Shown: positions 35,644-45,018 of the stretch, one piece after another
Layout: each line of letters begins with the position of its first letter
How positions within the stretch are numbered: position 1 is the first letter of the stretch
Source: a virus
Lineage: Duplodnaviria; Caudoviricetes
DNA: 64,000 nucleotides
Direction: 5' to 3' (one strand)
IMG/VR virus record: IMGVR_UViG_3300028410_000746
Notes under the pieces: generated by a model
Seen by the model: the letters and a program-made list of their open reading frames with translations, nothing else
The model's database searches: none
Told to the model about the DNA's origin: nothing
Position numbers and translations under genes: made by a program

Positions 35644-38592
35644 TCAGTCGAGGATGAAATCCCCGTCAAGGGTGATGTCGAAAGAATCTTCAGAACCTTC
35701 TGCATTCAACTCGAAGTCAAGGCTACCTCCAGCGGGTGCCATCTCGAACTCTCCCATGAGCACGTGTGCCGTCGGAGCTGCCGAACTGGTATCCCGAGCG
35801 GTCTCCAATGCAGTCCGCGCCGCACGTGAAGCCTCTGCCTTGGCGTCCAGGCTCTTTTGAGCCTTCTGAACATCCACAGCAGGCTTGAAGAGGTCCCCGT
35901 AGTGACCCTGGTACAGGCCGTCATGCGAGGCCTCAACCTTCGGAGTGCGTGTGTGCGCGAGCATGGTGCGGGTCTTGGCGTTGCCAGACTGAGCACGAAG
36001 GGTCTCGGCCTGCCTACGCGTCAACTCACCCGCCTGCACACGATGGCCAATGGCCCGGTCGACGGTCGAGTCGTCGTAAACCGGCTGAGCCACGAGCGGC
36101 TTGCGATAGGCCTTGCACGAGCCCTGACGGTTGAACTGACACCCGACACACTTCGCGGACTTGACCACCTGTGTCACGGTTGAAGCCGTTCGGGCGGCGC
36201 CCTGGTGGCAGTCGTCATACGCATCTGCGACCACGTACACGCGGCCGTAGAGGCCTTCCTCCTCACGCATCGCGAGCACGACCGGAGCCGAATCCACCAG
36301 GGACTCGGTGTCCATGGCACGCTTGATGTCCCGAGACAGACGCGCGCCATGCGCTCCTGACATGAGACGATCACGCATGAACCGCCCCGCCTTGCTCTTG
36401 AAGAACGCCGAAAGAGGCGGGACCGAACCGCGAGCCACGAAAGACGGGTCCGTCGCAGCCTTGATGATGGAGCTGGCCTTGCGCAACCCATCACGTGAGC
36501 TTGCAACGCGACTCGACGCTTTGCCGTCCTGCTCCGAGAGGTACACCTCCCCGAGCACATCCAGACCCACACGATGAGACAACCGGTCGAGGATCACATC
36601 CCCACCAGGAGCCTTGAGGTGGTCCTCCAGAGTCGCGAACACGCGCTTACGCGGCGTGGCCGCGAGCTGGGCGACGAAACCACGCATCTGCTCGTTGCTC
36701 ACGAACTCCGGGCGCCACTGGCGATACGGAGAGTCGTGGGTCGCAACGCGAGAAGCCACGGGACGCGCGTAGGCCTCCAGTGCGAGCTTGCGCACACCCT
36801 CACCCGAGAGCTTGGCCAGACGCGTAACGGTCTGACGCAGGTAGCCATCCATCTTGTCCGCGCGTACGCCCGCGTGCGCGGCCATGCGACGCGCGAGGGG
36901 CGCGTGCGCGTACGGGCTCGTGAAGAATGTCTCCCGGTTCTCCGGAGTGAGACGGGGGAGATCGTTGAGACCCTCCCGTCCAGCCTTCTTGAGCAGCGCG
37001 GGAGACACGAGCGACGTGTCGACGTAGAGCTGACCCAGCAGGTGCAAGTGCGGCTTGAGACTGGCCAGCTTGGGGTCAGCCTCCAACAGGGTCGCAACGC
37101 GAGCGCTGTGATCACCACGGAGCATGGCCACCACAATGTCCTCGCGGTTGGAGACCTCGCGCGGGTTGGCGGTCGTAATACGCTCAGGGCTGTAGGCCTT
37201 GAACGCCTCGACAGCCTGCTTGAAGTTTACACCCTTGGTCGGGTTGTAAATGTACGGAGCATCGTACATCGCAGTCTTGGTGGAGACCGTCTTCGACCAG
37301 ATACGACGAGCGACCTCAAGAGCCGCCTCCCGATCTTGCGAGGACACCTGAGCCCACATCGAGTCAAAGACCGACTGGGACTGAGAGGCCTGACGGTCCG
37401 AGGGGCCTTGAGTCAGCTCAAGGTAACGGTTGAGCGTTGCGCGCAGAGGTACGGGGTGACGCACATCCGCAACAGGACCCTGCACCAAGTCGGTGCGAAG
37501 CTCCGTCTCGGAGTACGGCATGCCCACGACGTGTGCAGGGCGCTCGGGGAGGGCCTCGATAAACGCCGACGCCTCCTTGTAGGTGGGGAAGAACGAGATG
37601 TCGGCGTACACGGGACCCAGGAGGTGCAAGTGCGACTTGAACACCGCGAGGTCCGCGTCATGAGCCACGCGCTCCTGAAGGACCTTGCCATGAGGGTTCG
37701 ACATCATGATCTTGGCCCAACGAAGCTGCTTGCGCTGAAGGCGGACGTTGCCCACGACCTCCTGCATGCCCTCATGCGCCATGAGCTGACGTGCGGCGTC
37801 CTGAGCCGAAATCGCATCGCCCACGTTGGCGACCACCGGCTTGTGCTCCTGAACCGTCTCCGAGAGGCGAGCCTTGCGCAACATGGCCGTCTGGACACGA
37901 GCACGCACGGGCATGTCCTCAAGATCACTGACGTCCTTGTCGAGCAGGCGATCCTGAAGGCCGTCCCAGAGGCTCTCGCTGTAGTCGACCTCGAACGTCA
38001 GATCCTTGTGGAAGACCCCACAGCGTCCTTCTCGATTGTGTACGCAGCCCACACACGCGCTCTTGGCCAGCAGGAGCGTCGCCGCGCGGTTGCGCGCAGT
38101 GAGGCCCCGCTGAACGCCTCCGTTGGCGCAGCGAGGAAACAGACGCGCATCCAGGTACACCTCACCAAGGAGGCCACGCTCCTCCAGGACGGCGCGAACG
38201 CGATCACGCGACGCAGCGAGCGTCTTGGGCCCGAACTTGGTCTGGAGGTTGGAGATCACAGTACGAGCTTTCACGCCCGCCTGGACCTGAGCACGGGTGA
38301 AGTGCTCGACCAGGGCCACGACGTCCTCGTCTTCGAGGCGACCAAAGTGCGGACGCTCCGACCAAAACGGAGTCGTCGGCTTGGCGGGCTCTCGGTTCTG
38401 AGGCAAGAGGTGGAACGCCTGTGCGTCACTCAGATCCTTGAGATGCGCTTGCAGCTCCGGGATAGAGTCGAGGTTCTGCTCGGGGAGAGCCTCCATGTGT
38501 TCACGGTACTCCTCCTTGTCAACGTCGAGCCAATCCAGATCTGCTACTGGCTCCTCGTCAAGAAAAGTCCCAAGGTCTCCGAGATCAGCCAT
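35644..38592 (-). CDS. large (982 aa) repeat-domain putative virion protein
   Basis: Start MADLGDL; five (G/H)LLG.VY.D-like repeats; two CVGC..N..G.C motifs. Confidence 0.75.
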   Translation of the reverse strand: MADLGDLGTFLDEEPVADLDWLDVDKEEYREHMEALPEQNLDSIPELQAHLKDLSDAQAFHLLPQNREPAKPTTPFWSERPHFGRLEDEDVVALVEHFTRAQVQAGVKARTVISNLQTKFGPKTLAASRDRVRAVLEERGLLGEVYLDARLFPRCANGGVQRGLTARNRAATLLLAKSACVGCVHNREGRCGVFHKDLTFEVDYSESLWDGLQDRLLDKDVSDLEDMPVRARVQTAMLRKARLSETVQEHKPVVANVGDAISAQDAARQLMAHEGMQEVVGNVRLQRKQLRWAKIMMSNPHGKVLQERVAHDADLAVFKSHLHLLGPVYADISFFPTYKEASAFIEALPERPAHVVGMPYSETELRTDLVQGPVADVRHPVPLRATLNRYLELTQGPSDRQASQSQSVFDSMWAQVSSQDREAALEVARRIWSKTVSTKTAMYDAPYIYNPTKGVNFKQAVEAFKAYSPERITTANPREVSNREDIVVAMLRGDHSARVATLLEADPKLASLKPHLHLLGQLYVDTSLVSPALLKKAGREGLNDLPRLTPENRETFFTSPYAHAPLARRMAAHAGVRADKMDGYLRQTVTRLAKLSGEGVRKLALEAYARPVASRVATHDSPYRQWRPEFVSNEQMRGFVAQLAATPRKRVFATLEDHLKAPGGDVILDRLSHRVGLDVLGEVYLSEQDGKASSRVASSRDGLRKASSIIKAATDPSFVARGSVPPLSAFFKSKAGRFMRDRLMSGAHGARLSRDIKRAMDTESLVDSAPVVLAMREEEGLYGRVYVVADAYDDCHQGAARTASTVTQVVKSAKCVGCQFNRQGSCKAYRKPLVAQPVYDDSTVDRAIGHRVQAGELTRRQAETLRAQSGNAKTRTMLAHTRTPKVEASHDGLYQGHYGDLFKPAVDVQKAQKSLDAKAEASRAARTALETARDTSSAAPTAHVLMGEFEMAPAGGSLDFELNAEGSEDSFDITLDGDFILD

Positions 38593-39154
38593 TGTGCGCT
38601 CCATGGTATCGGACGCTCGCCTGCTTGACGACATCCTCCTTGTACTCTCGCTCGACAAACGCGTCCGGGTTGAGACTGATCTCATCGGACTCATCAAGCA
38701 TCTGCTCCGCTTCCGCCTCCTCGCTCGCCGGGATCGACAAGGTTTTGGCGTCCCAATGCGGAGCACGAAGCTCGTCATAGAGAGTGTCTTGCAATGCGGA
38801 CAGCGCCTCAATGGACTCGTTCATCGACTTGCGCATCTCTTTGATGTCCTGAATGAATCCCGAACCTCCGAGCTTACCGTCCGGAGAGATCGAGACCGCC
38901 TTGATCTTGGTGAACGTCCCGTGCGCGCTAATGAGGTGCCCCAGGGCCACGGAGGTGGACCACAGGACCTTGGCCAGAGGCTTCTTGGCCTTGGGGTTGT
39001 ACTTGTACTCGTCGGGAAGCACGCGGCCGTCTGGGCCCGTGTCCTTGATGAAGCGGATCTCACCGGCAGACTTGACCCTCCCGGACGCCAAAAGGTGACG
39101 GCGGGCTACGTCCTGAGCCAGACGTCGTTCGCGTTTAAGGTCTCGGGAGTTCAT
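38585..39154 (-). CDS. hypothetical protein
   Basis: 189 aa coupled ORF; DVARRH motif. Confidence 0.7.
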   Translation of the reverse strand: MNSRDLKRERRLAQDVARRHLLASGRVKSAGEIRFIKDTGPDGRVLPDEYKYNPKAKKPLAKVLWSTSVALGHLISAHGTFTKIKAVSISPDGKLGGSGFIQDIKEMRKSMNESIEALSALQDTLYDELRAPHWDAKTLSIPASEEAEAEQMLDESDEISLNPDAFVEREYKEDVVKQASVRYHGAHNG

Positions 39155-39157
39155 AGG

Positions 39158-39460
39158 TCATCCAGCCTTCAGGGGGTTGCCATCTGCATCAAAGAGACGC
39201 TCGACCTCCCAGCCTCCGCCCTCTCGCTCGCGCAGCTTCCAGAGATCATGCTCGGACTTGCGGATCAGCGTATCGTTGGCCACGCGCCGAAAGCCCGACA
39301 GATCACGCAGGTTCGCCACGCGAATCGTGTTCGGAACCTCCGGGACAGACGGATCACGGAAATCAATGGTGGCCTTTGGCGAGTCGTCAAAGAACGCGTC
39401 GATGCCCGTATCAGGAGCCGTCAAGGCGGACAGGTCGAAGTCGGTATAGTCGTCAGACAT
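39158..39460 (-). CDS. small hypothetical protein
   Basis: 100 aa ORF with GGAG RBS. Confidence 0.7.
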   Translation of the reverse strand: MSDDYTDFDLSALTAPDTGIDAFFDDSPKATIDFRDPSVPEVPNTIRVANLRDLSGFRRVANDTLIRKSEHDLWKLREREGGGWEVERLFDADGNPLKAG

Positions 39461-39484
39461 GAAGAAGTCTCCGGGTAGAGGGGT

Positions 39485-39802
39485 TCAAAAACCGGTCATC
39501 GTCAGGCCGTCCTTAGACGCACGATCTGCAATGAGGCCCGCAACTCGGCGGTCCTCCGACAGAAACGTCAGGTAGTCGAACCCACGCGTACACTGTACGC
39601 CCGAGTGCTTCGACTTGACCCCTTGCTCAAAAGCAACAAGCTGACGCTCATCACTGAAGTAAACCGTAATCGTCGACGTGACTTGCCCTACGTTGTCCAG
39701 GTAGGCCTGAGCAACGCGTTTTGACATCACCACGTGTTTGATTGAGTTCTTCATGGCCGTCAGGGTCCGAAGGGAGGCGTTAGATGGTGGTACCATTACC
39801 AC
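39485..39802 (-). CDS. small hypothetical protein (RVAQAY motif); start uncertain (39754 or 39802)
   Basis: First gene of the structural block. Confidence 0.6.
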   Translation of the reverse strand: MVMVPPSNASLRTLTAMKNSIKHVVMSKRVAQAYLDNVGQVTSTITVYFSDERQLVAFEQGVKSKHSGVQCTRGFDYLTFLSEDRRVAGLIADRASKDGLTMTGF

Positions 39803-39817
39803 TCAGTGCCCCGGACC

Positions 39818-39831
39818 ATAAACGGATTACC
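39818..39831 (-). promoter_or_regulatory. putative late-promoter motif GGTAATCCGTTTAT
   Basis: At the boundary between the replication and structural blocks. Confidence 0.55.
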
Positions 39832-39872
39832 GACCGCGAGCGCAGCCGGACTTGACTAGAGAGGACCTCTTG

Positions 39873-40685
39873 TCAGACGAGAGTGCGAGTCGGACGCTTG
39901 GTCCATTTCGGGAGGCGAATCTCGCGCAGAATGTTGAAGTTGTATCGGATGATCAGGAACGTGCGGTAGTAGTCCGCCATGATCATGAGCTTGGGAGGGA
40001 TGTCCTCGCTCTCCACGCCACGCAAAGCCGCAACCAGATGATAGAGGCCGTCATGTTCGGGAGCTGTGATCTCACGTGCGGTACCCTCGACGCGAGCGTC
40101 CAGGTAATCCTCCAAGCCGTCACAAACCTCCCAAAGGTCCTCCGCGAGGTCTTCGTTCTCATCCCGAGCCAACACAGCGTCCGACCAGTTCTCCAGCTCC
40201 GTGACCAAGTGCTCTCCCAGGCGGGCGAGGTTGGCGATGAAGCGATGGCGGACGCGACCTTGAGAGATCTTCAGGATCTGCGCGACCTCAGACTGACACG
40301 TGGAGATGAACATCTCCGAGAAGATCCGGGCGTCCAGCTCGCTCATGAGCCCGTTGAGGTCCTTGAAGATCTGCTCTTTGGTGACATCCGGGATCTCGAC
40401 CAGGAAGCGAATGCGCTTGATCGCGCGCTGGAGCCTGTACGACACCGCCGCCTGCGTAATCTGGAAAATCTCCGCGATGTCCACCTGCCTCTTGCCCCTG
40501 AAGTAATAGAGACGGATGAGGTCCGCCTCGCGAGAGGGGAGCCGATCCATCACCGCATTGATCTTGTCAATGTGCAGGTCCTTCCAGGCCGTGTCCGTCT
40601 CGGGAAGCGGCTCCAGGCCATCGCCCTGCGAAAAGCGCGCGGCGATCTCCTGAGGGTCCAACGGTTGGATGTAATAGCGACTCAT
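39873..40685 (-). CDS. tandem sigma-70 region-4 HTH regulator
   Basis: LPSREADLIRLYYFRGKRQVDIAEIFQITQAAVSYRL and ELDARIF..TCQSEVAQILKISQGRVRHR; no recognisable region 2. Confidence 0.7.
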   Translation of the reverse strand: MSRYYIQPLDPQEIAARFSQGDGLEPLPETDTAWKDLHIDKINAVMDRLPSREADLIRLYYFRGKRQVDIAEIFQITQAAVSYRLQRAIKRIRFLVEIPDVTKEQIFKDLNGLMSELDARIFSEMFISTCQSEVAQILKISQGRVRHRFIANLARLGEHLVTELENWSDAVLARDENEDLAEDLWEVCDGLEDYLDARVEGTAREITAPEHDGLYHLVAALRGVESEDIPPKLMIMADYYRTFLIIRYNFNILREIRLPKWTKRPTRTLV

Positions 40686-41617
40686 AGCAGCTCTCCTGTG
40701 CGGTAGAAGCCCTTGGGCTCCTCAATCATCCCAACCAGCGGCTCGACCATGGAGGACATCTCCAGGATCTCACAGGCCGCTCGCACGCGATCGGGGTCCC
40801 CAGCACCCTCCAAGAGTTTGGGCTCGTCCGGGGTCTGGAAGCGCATGACCGCCTCATTGACCAGGGCTTGAGATGCGAACGCAGTCAACGTCTTACGCTG
40901 ATACGCGGTCAGGTCTGCAAAGCCTGCTTTATAAATAGAATCCAAAGACCCCTCATGCTCGGTCACCAGACGAGCGATGATCTTGCGAGGGACGCGCTTG
41001 AGTCCGGGGAGGCCGTCCGACGAGTCTCCCGAGAGCGCTCGAAAGGGCAGCAGGTTCGAGGGACCGATGCCGTGGAACTGCTCTCGGACAGAGGAAGCAT
41101 CATGGGACTTCTTGCCGTCCGGAGACATGACCACCACACGATCCGTCACGAGCTGCAAGAGGTCACGATCCGTCGACACGAGAACGCGGACATCATCAGG
41201 AGACCCATAGACATCCTCCCCAGACGCCGGAGCTTCCCGCGTGAGCCACGCGATGATGTCGTCCGCCTCGTACCCCTGTGCCTGGACTTGGTAGACCCTG
41301 AGCGCGGAGAGAATTGGCTTGAGAAGGTCGAGCTGAACAGAGAGGCCATCCCCAAGGGCTCCTCCGCGACCTTCCTTGTACGAGGCATGAAGCGCACGAC
41401 GGCTCTCGACGTGTGCGCCATTCTGCTCCTCGTCACCCTCCCACGCTACCCAGAAACGCGCGCGAGGATGCTTCTTGCGCCAGGACACCAGCGAGCGAAG
41501 CATACCGTAGATGGCTCCTGTTGGAATCCCAGCCTCAGTGGAGAGGCCCGCCCTCACGTCGTAAACGAAGTGGGAGCGACACAACAGGTTCATGCCATCA
41601 AAAATCACGTGCTTCAA
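40682..41617 (-). CDS. 5'-3' exonuclease / flap endonuclease (PolI N-terminal family)
   Basis: IFDGMNL, YKEGR, YEADDII, STDRDLLQL, LSGDSSDGLPG. Confidence 0.9.
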   Translation of the reverse strand: MKHVIFDGMNLLCRSHFVYDVRAGLSTEAGIPTGAIYGMLRSLVSWRKKHPRARFWVAWEGDEEQNGAHVESRRALHASYKEGRGGALGDGLSVQLDLLKPILSALRVYQVQAQGYEADDIIAWLTREAPASGEDVYGSPDDVRVLVSTDRDLLQLVTDRVVVMSPDGKKSHDASSVREQFHGIGPSNLLPFRALSGDSSDGLPGLKRVPRKIIARLVTEHEGSLDSIYKAGFADLTAYQRKTLTAFASQALVNEAVMRFQTPDEPKLLEGAGDPDRVRAACEILEMSSMVEPLVGMIEEPKGFYRTGELL

Positions 41618-42180
41618 GGGGACTCCTCGTCATCATCATGAGCCCCACCTTGAGGCTCCAGGAACTGATAGGGCAACTCAACAATGACCTCCATCGACTC
41701 CAGATCCGTGACGTGAACCGTCGCGGCATCTCGATCCGGCCACACGTGCAACACCTCTCCGAGGAGTTGAGAGTAGGAGCCCTCAATAATCTGCACCAAG
41801 TCTCCTACCTCGATCTTGCGCGCGGCGAGCACCTGAAGCTGACGTTCGAGGTCCGCGATCGTCTGCTGTGGGACGTAACAAAGGTACCGACCAGAGTTCT
41901 CGGTCTTGGAAAGCACCCGAGCCACGTAGGACGACTCCTCCAGGTCAAAGTAACGATCCGTAGATAGACCTGCCTCCACGAAGGCATAACCTTCCATGAC
42001 GTACAGGGTCACCCGCGTATCTCGACGGGTGAAGGTCAGCGCAGGCACGAACACCTCGACACCTCCTCCAAGAGCCTGCCCCAAGAGGGTGCGGATGTCC
42101 GAAGGCGTACGCTTCTCTCCCTGGTGGCTCAACTCCACCACGACCCATTGGCGAGACATCTTGTTTGTACCTTGGGTCAT
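41614..42180 (-). CDS. nusG: NusG-family transcription factor (NGN plus KOW)
   Basis: WVVV..., VFVP..., EGYAFVE; KOW GDLVQIIEGSYSQLLGEV. Confidence 0.8.
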   Translation of the reverse strand: MTQGTNKMSRQWVVVELSHQGEKRTPSDIRTLLGQALGGGVEVFVPALTFTRRDTRVTLYVMEGYAFVEAGLSTDRYFDLEESSYVARVLSKTENSGRYLCYVPQQTIADLERQLQVLAARKIEVGDLVQIIEGSYSQLLGEVLHVWPDRDAATVHVTDLESMEVIVELPYQFLEPQGGAHDDDEESP

Positions 42181-43547
42181 GTCTCCTCGTCAAGCAAAAC
42201 ACTCAAAGAACGTTGAATGCCTTTGGAGGTCGCAACGCGCGTCCTCGGCATGTCAAAACGCTTCTGCACTTGATCTTCATGAGCATCCTTGACCGGCAGC
42301 CCCCTGGAGGCCTTGGCACCGTGCTTCATGACCTGACCCGCCCATTTTCGATTGTCGACTTCGGCATGCTGGGCGGAGCCCTTCGAGCTTGGAGACGGGC
42401 TCTTACGTTGAGAGGCCGGAACCTCCGCAGCCGCCGCTTGAATCACCACCATTTGACCTCCAGTCTGTCCGAGTGTACCAATCAGAAGGGCTTGACGCAA
42501 ATAGAGCAGCTCACACATCAAGCTGGTGTCGTCGGTGACCGGGTTCTTCAGGAGGTGCCGGGCGAGGTGCAACAAGGTCTCTCCCTCATAGGTCTGAGAC
42601 ACTCGCTTGAGTGAGCGACGGTCCATGACACCCAAACCAGTAGTGATACCATTCGCGAGCCGATACGCAGCCATCCCAACGTCGAGGACCCCTGCATGCA
42701 CGCTGGCAGCAGAAGACGTTGCCAACGCCGCCTCGACGGCCGTGTTGATCGCCGTCGCGTCCTGCGACAGGGACTCCAAGACCGCGCAGTGGTGATCCAA
42801 CATGCCCAAGCCGAGCTGATCACGCACCGTCGCAGAAGTCACCGCGCCGGCATACGACACGCGCTCCAACGCCGTCACCATGTCCCGCATGTGGCCCCTG
42901 CCAAACTCAAAGATCGTCCCAAGGGCCTCCGGGTCAAAGTCCAGGCCCTCTTGCGTGCATATGTGCGCCAACCGCGTCACGGCTTCATCACGCGTCGGAG
43001 ACAGGACAGAGAAGACCATGGATCGGCCCTTGATCGTGTCGCGCAGCTTGTGCGGCTCCGTCGTACAGAAGAGGCCCACCAAGCGTTTGTCACGCGTACC
43101 GGGGATCGTATCCTCCATCGGCTTGAGCAGCGCATCCATAGCCTGTGCGCTCAAGCGGTGAGCCTCGTCGATCAGGTAGACGATGCGATCACCGGCTCCG
43201 AAGACGTGGTAACCAAGAGCTGCCACGAGCTGACGCACGTTGTCTGCTCCCGAGTGATTGGCGGCGTCCATCTCGCGGAAAGACGGCACATCCGCCTCCG
43301 AGAGCATCGCCTTACAGCTTGAACACGTATCACAAGGAGCTGAGCCCTTGCCGAGCTGCTCACACAACATGGCGCGGGCGAGGATACGCGCCATGGTGGT
43401 CTTACCCGTCCCCGAAGGACCAGCGAACACATAGCTACGCTCGAACACGCCCCCTGACGAGAGCAACGCCTCCAACACCTGGATCGTATTCTTCTGGCCT
43501 GCGACCTCCTCGAAGGTTCTTGGCCGATAGGTGGTGTCAAATCCCAT
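42177..43547 (-). CDS. dnaX: DNA polymerase III gamma/tau clamp loader
   Basis: YRPRTFEEVAGQ, GPSGTGKTT, C..PCDTCSSC, EMDAA, IDEAH. Confidence 0.92.
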   Translation of the reverse strand: MGFDTTYRPRTFEEVAGQKNTIQVLEALLSSGGVFERSYVFAGPSGTGKTTMARILARAMLCEQLGKGSAPCDTCSSCKAMLSEADVPSFREMDAANHSGADNVRQLVAALGYHVFGAGDRIVYLIDEAHRLSAQAMDALLKPMEDTIPGTRDKRLVGLFCTTEPHKLRDTIKGRSMVFSVLSPTRDEAVTRLAHICTQEGLDFDPEALGTIFEFGRGHMRDMVTALERVSYAGAVTSATVRDQLGLGMLDHHCAVLESLSQDATAINTAVEAALATSSAASVHAGVLDVGMAAYRLANGITTGLGVMDRRSLKRVSQTYEGETLLHLARHLLKNPVTDDTSLMCELLYLRQALLIGTLGQTGGQMVVIQAAAAEVPASQRKSPSPSSKGSAQHAEVDNRKWAGQVMKHGAKASRGLPVKDAHEDQVQKRFDMPRTRVATSKGIQRSLSVLLDEET

Positions 43548-43650
43548 AGAGTCGTGCTCACTGGTGCGACCTGCTCAAGAGGAGCTGGCCAGATAAGGTC
43601 TGGTAGCTGAAACGTCGAGAGGCGCGGTGTAATGTCCGTAGAACCTACGA

Positions 43651-43679
43651 GATATACACCACGCCTCCCAAGACGTCAA
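43651..43679 (-). promoter_or_regulatory. sigma70-like promoter
   Basis: TTGACG-N17-TATATC upstream of dnaX. Confidence 0.35.
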
Positions 43680-43702
43680 CGAACGGGGTCGGAGGGTCCG
43701 CC

Positions 43703-44224
43703 TCAGGAAGAGGTCGTATCCACCTCGGCAACCTCCGCCACGGCAGGCGAACGAAGGACCGGCTCCGTCGCAGTCGCGTTCTGCCTCAGGTTGAGCGTGC
43801 TCAAGCGGTTGACGCCTGCGTCCCATCCGGTGCCGTGGCGGTTGAGAATGACCGGGAACGCACGGACGGAGGGCTTGCGCATCTTCCACTTGATGTCGCC
43901 GTTCTTATCCTCCTCGCCGTAGCAGCACTCCAGACAGTGATCAACCCAGGCCGCCTTCTGAGCCGAATTCAGCTCCTGCCACGCGTCCGCTCCAATCTCG
44001 ATGATGAAATCGTAGCCCACATCACCCGAGACCGTCTCCTCCATCAAACACTTGTACCGGTCCGGAACCTTCATGGCCTTACCCACGATCGGCTCGCCAT
44101 CGCTCATCGAGGCCTTGGTCTTGAAGATGTAGGCGATGTTCGCCCCGATGAGATCAGGGTGCATGCCGAGGTAGCCGCGAGCGATCTCAGCAACGTCGTC
44201 AGCCTTCCAGTATTCAGTAGCCAT
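43703..44224 (-). CDS. phage metallopeptidase-like protein with a degenerate HExxH
   Basis: IAYIF..GKA...YDFIIEI..DAW..L...Q..AWVDHCLEC; HELxH replaced by HCLEC. Confidence 0.65.
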   Translation of the reverse strand: MATEYWKADDVAEIARGYLGMHPDLIGANIAYIFKTKASMSDGEPIVGKAMKVPDRYKCLMEETVSGDVGYDFIIEIGADAWQELNSAQKAAWVDHCLECCYGEEDKNGDIKWKMRKPSVRAFPVILNRHGTGWDAGVNRLSTLNLRQNATATEPVLRSPAVAEVAEVDTTSS

Positions 44225-44276
44225 GTGTCTCTCTCCATCGTAATAGTTCGTAACAGACCTTCACGGCCTTCGGATC

Positions 44277-44306
44277 ACAGTAGACCAATCGAGCCCACGA
44301 CGTCAA
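44277..44306 (-). promoter_or_regulatory. sigma70-like promoter
   Basis: TTGACG-N18-TACTGT. Confidence 0.4.
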
Positions 44307-44315
44307 GCGTAATGC

Positions 44316-45017
44316 CTACAGGCCACCACGACGCGTCAACTCCTGCCGGAACGCCTCCTCCCCCAGACGCTCCCACAGCTCTCCAGGGTCCTTGGCCGGC
44401 AAGACCAACCTCCAAATACGGTCAAAGGACGACCCGTGTTTCTCCTGGAACTCCCGCCAGAAGCGATCACCGCCCCAGTCCGTATCAAACACCACGCACA
44501 CCGTATCCACGTAGCGTCGAAGGAACTCGATTTGCTTGACCGACACATTCGCCGTGCCCGTACAAAGGGCGTTCGGGAACACGCGCATCAGAGGAGGCAA
44601 GTCGAAAAGGCCCTCACACAGGTACACCTCGCGGGTCTTCCAGATGCTCGGCATGGCCAAGTGAGTGCCAAAGAAGAGCGCATCCACACCCGACTGATTC
44701 AGGTAGAACTTGGAGTAGTCCTTGACGTCGGGGTCCGGGCTGCGCACCTGAAGCCCACGGACCATCCCCGAAGCGTTGGTGATCGGGAAGACGATCTTGT
44801 TCTTGAGGCGCCAGCCCTTGCGGGACCAATCCTGCCACCGCTGCACGTCCTCCGAATCTCCTGCCACTTTGGGAGGCCAGATATGCTCTGGGAAGTATCC
44901 GAGACCCAACGCGCGCGCCTGCTCCATCGGGACTCCCCGCTTAGACAGGTATCCTACGGCCTTGGGGTGGTCGAGGTGTGTGCGGCTCACCTCCAGGATT
45001 TGATCGAGGAACCCCAA
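44316..45017 (-). CDS. dnaG: DNA primase catalytic core (TOPRIM) lacking a Zn-binding domain
   Basis: AVGYLSKRG, IVFPI, YLCEGLFD, VFDTDWGG. Confidence 0.85.
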   Translation of the reverse strand: MGFLDQILEVSRTHLDHPKAVGYLSKRGVPMEQARALGLGYFPEHIWPPKVAGDSEDVQRWQDWSRKGWRLKNKIVFPITNASGMVRGLQVRSPDPDVKDYSKFYLNQSGVDALFFGTHLAMPSIWKTREVYLCEGLFDLPPLMRVFPNALCTGTANVSVKQIEFLRRYVDTVCVVFDTDWGGDRFWREFQEKHGSSFDRIWRLVLPAKDPGELWERLGEEAFRQELTRRGGL

Positions 45018-45018
45018 G

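Noticed and set aside
42177-43547. Programmed gamma/tau frameshift in dnaX
   Set aside because: No A-AAA-AAG slippery site noticed; the ORF is already gamma-sized
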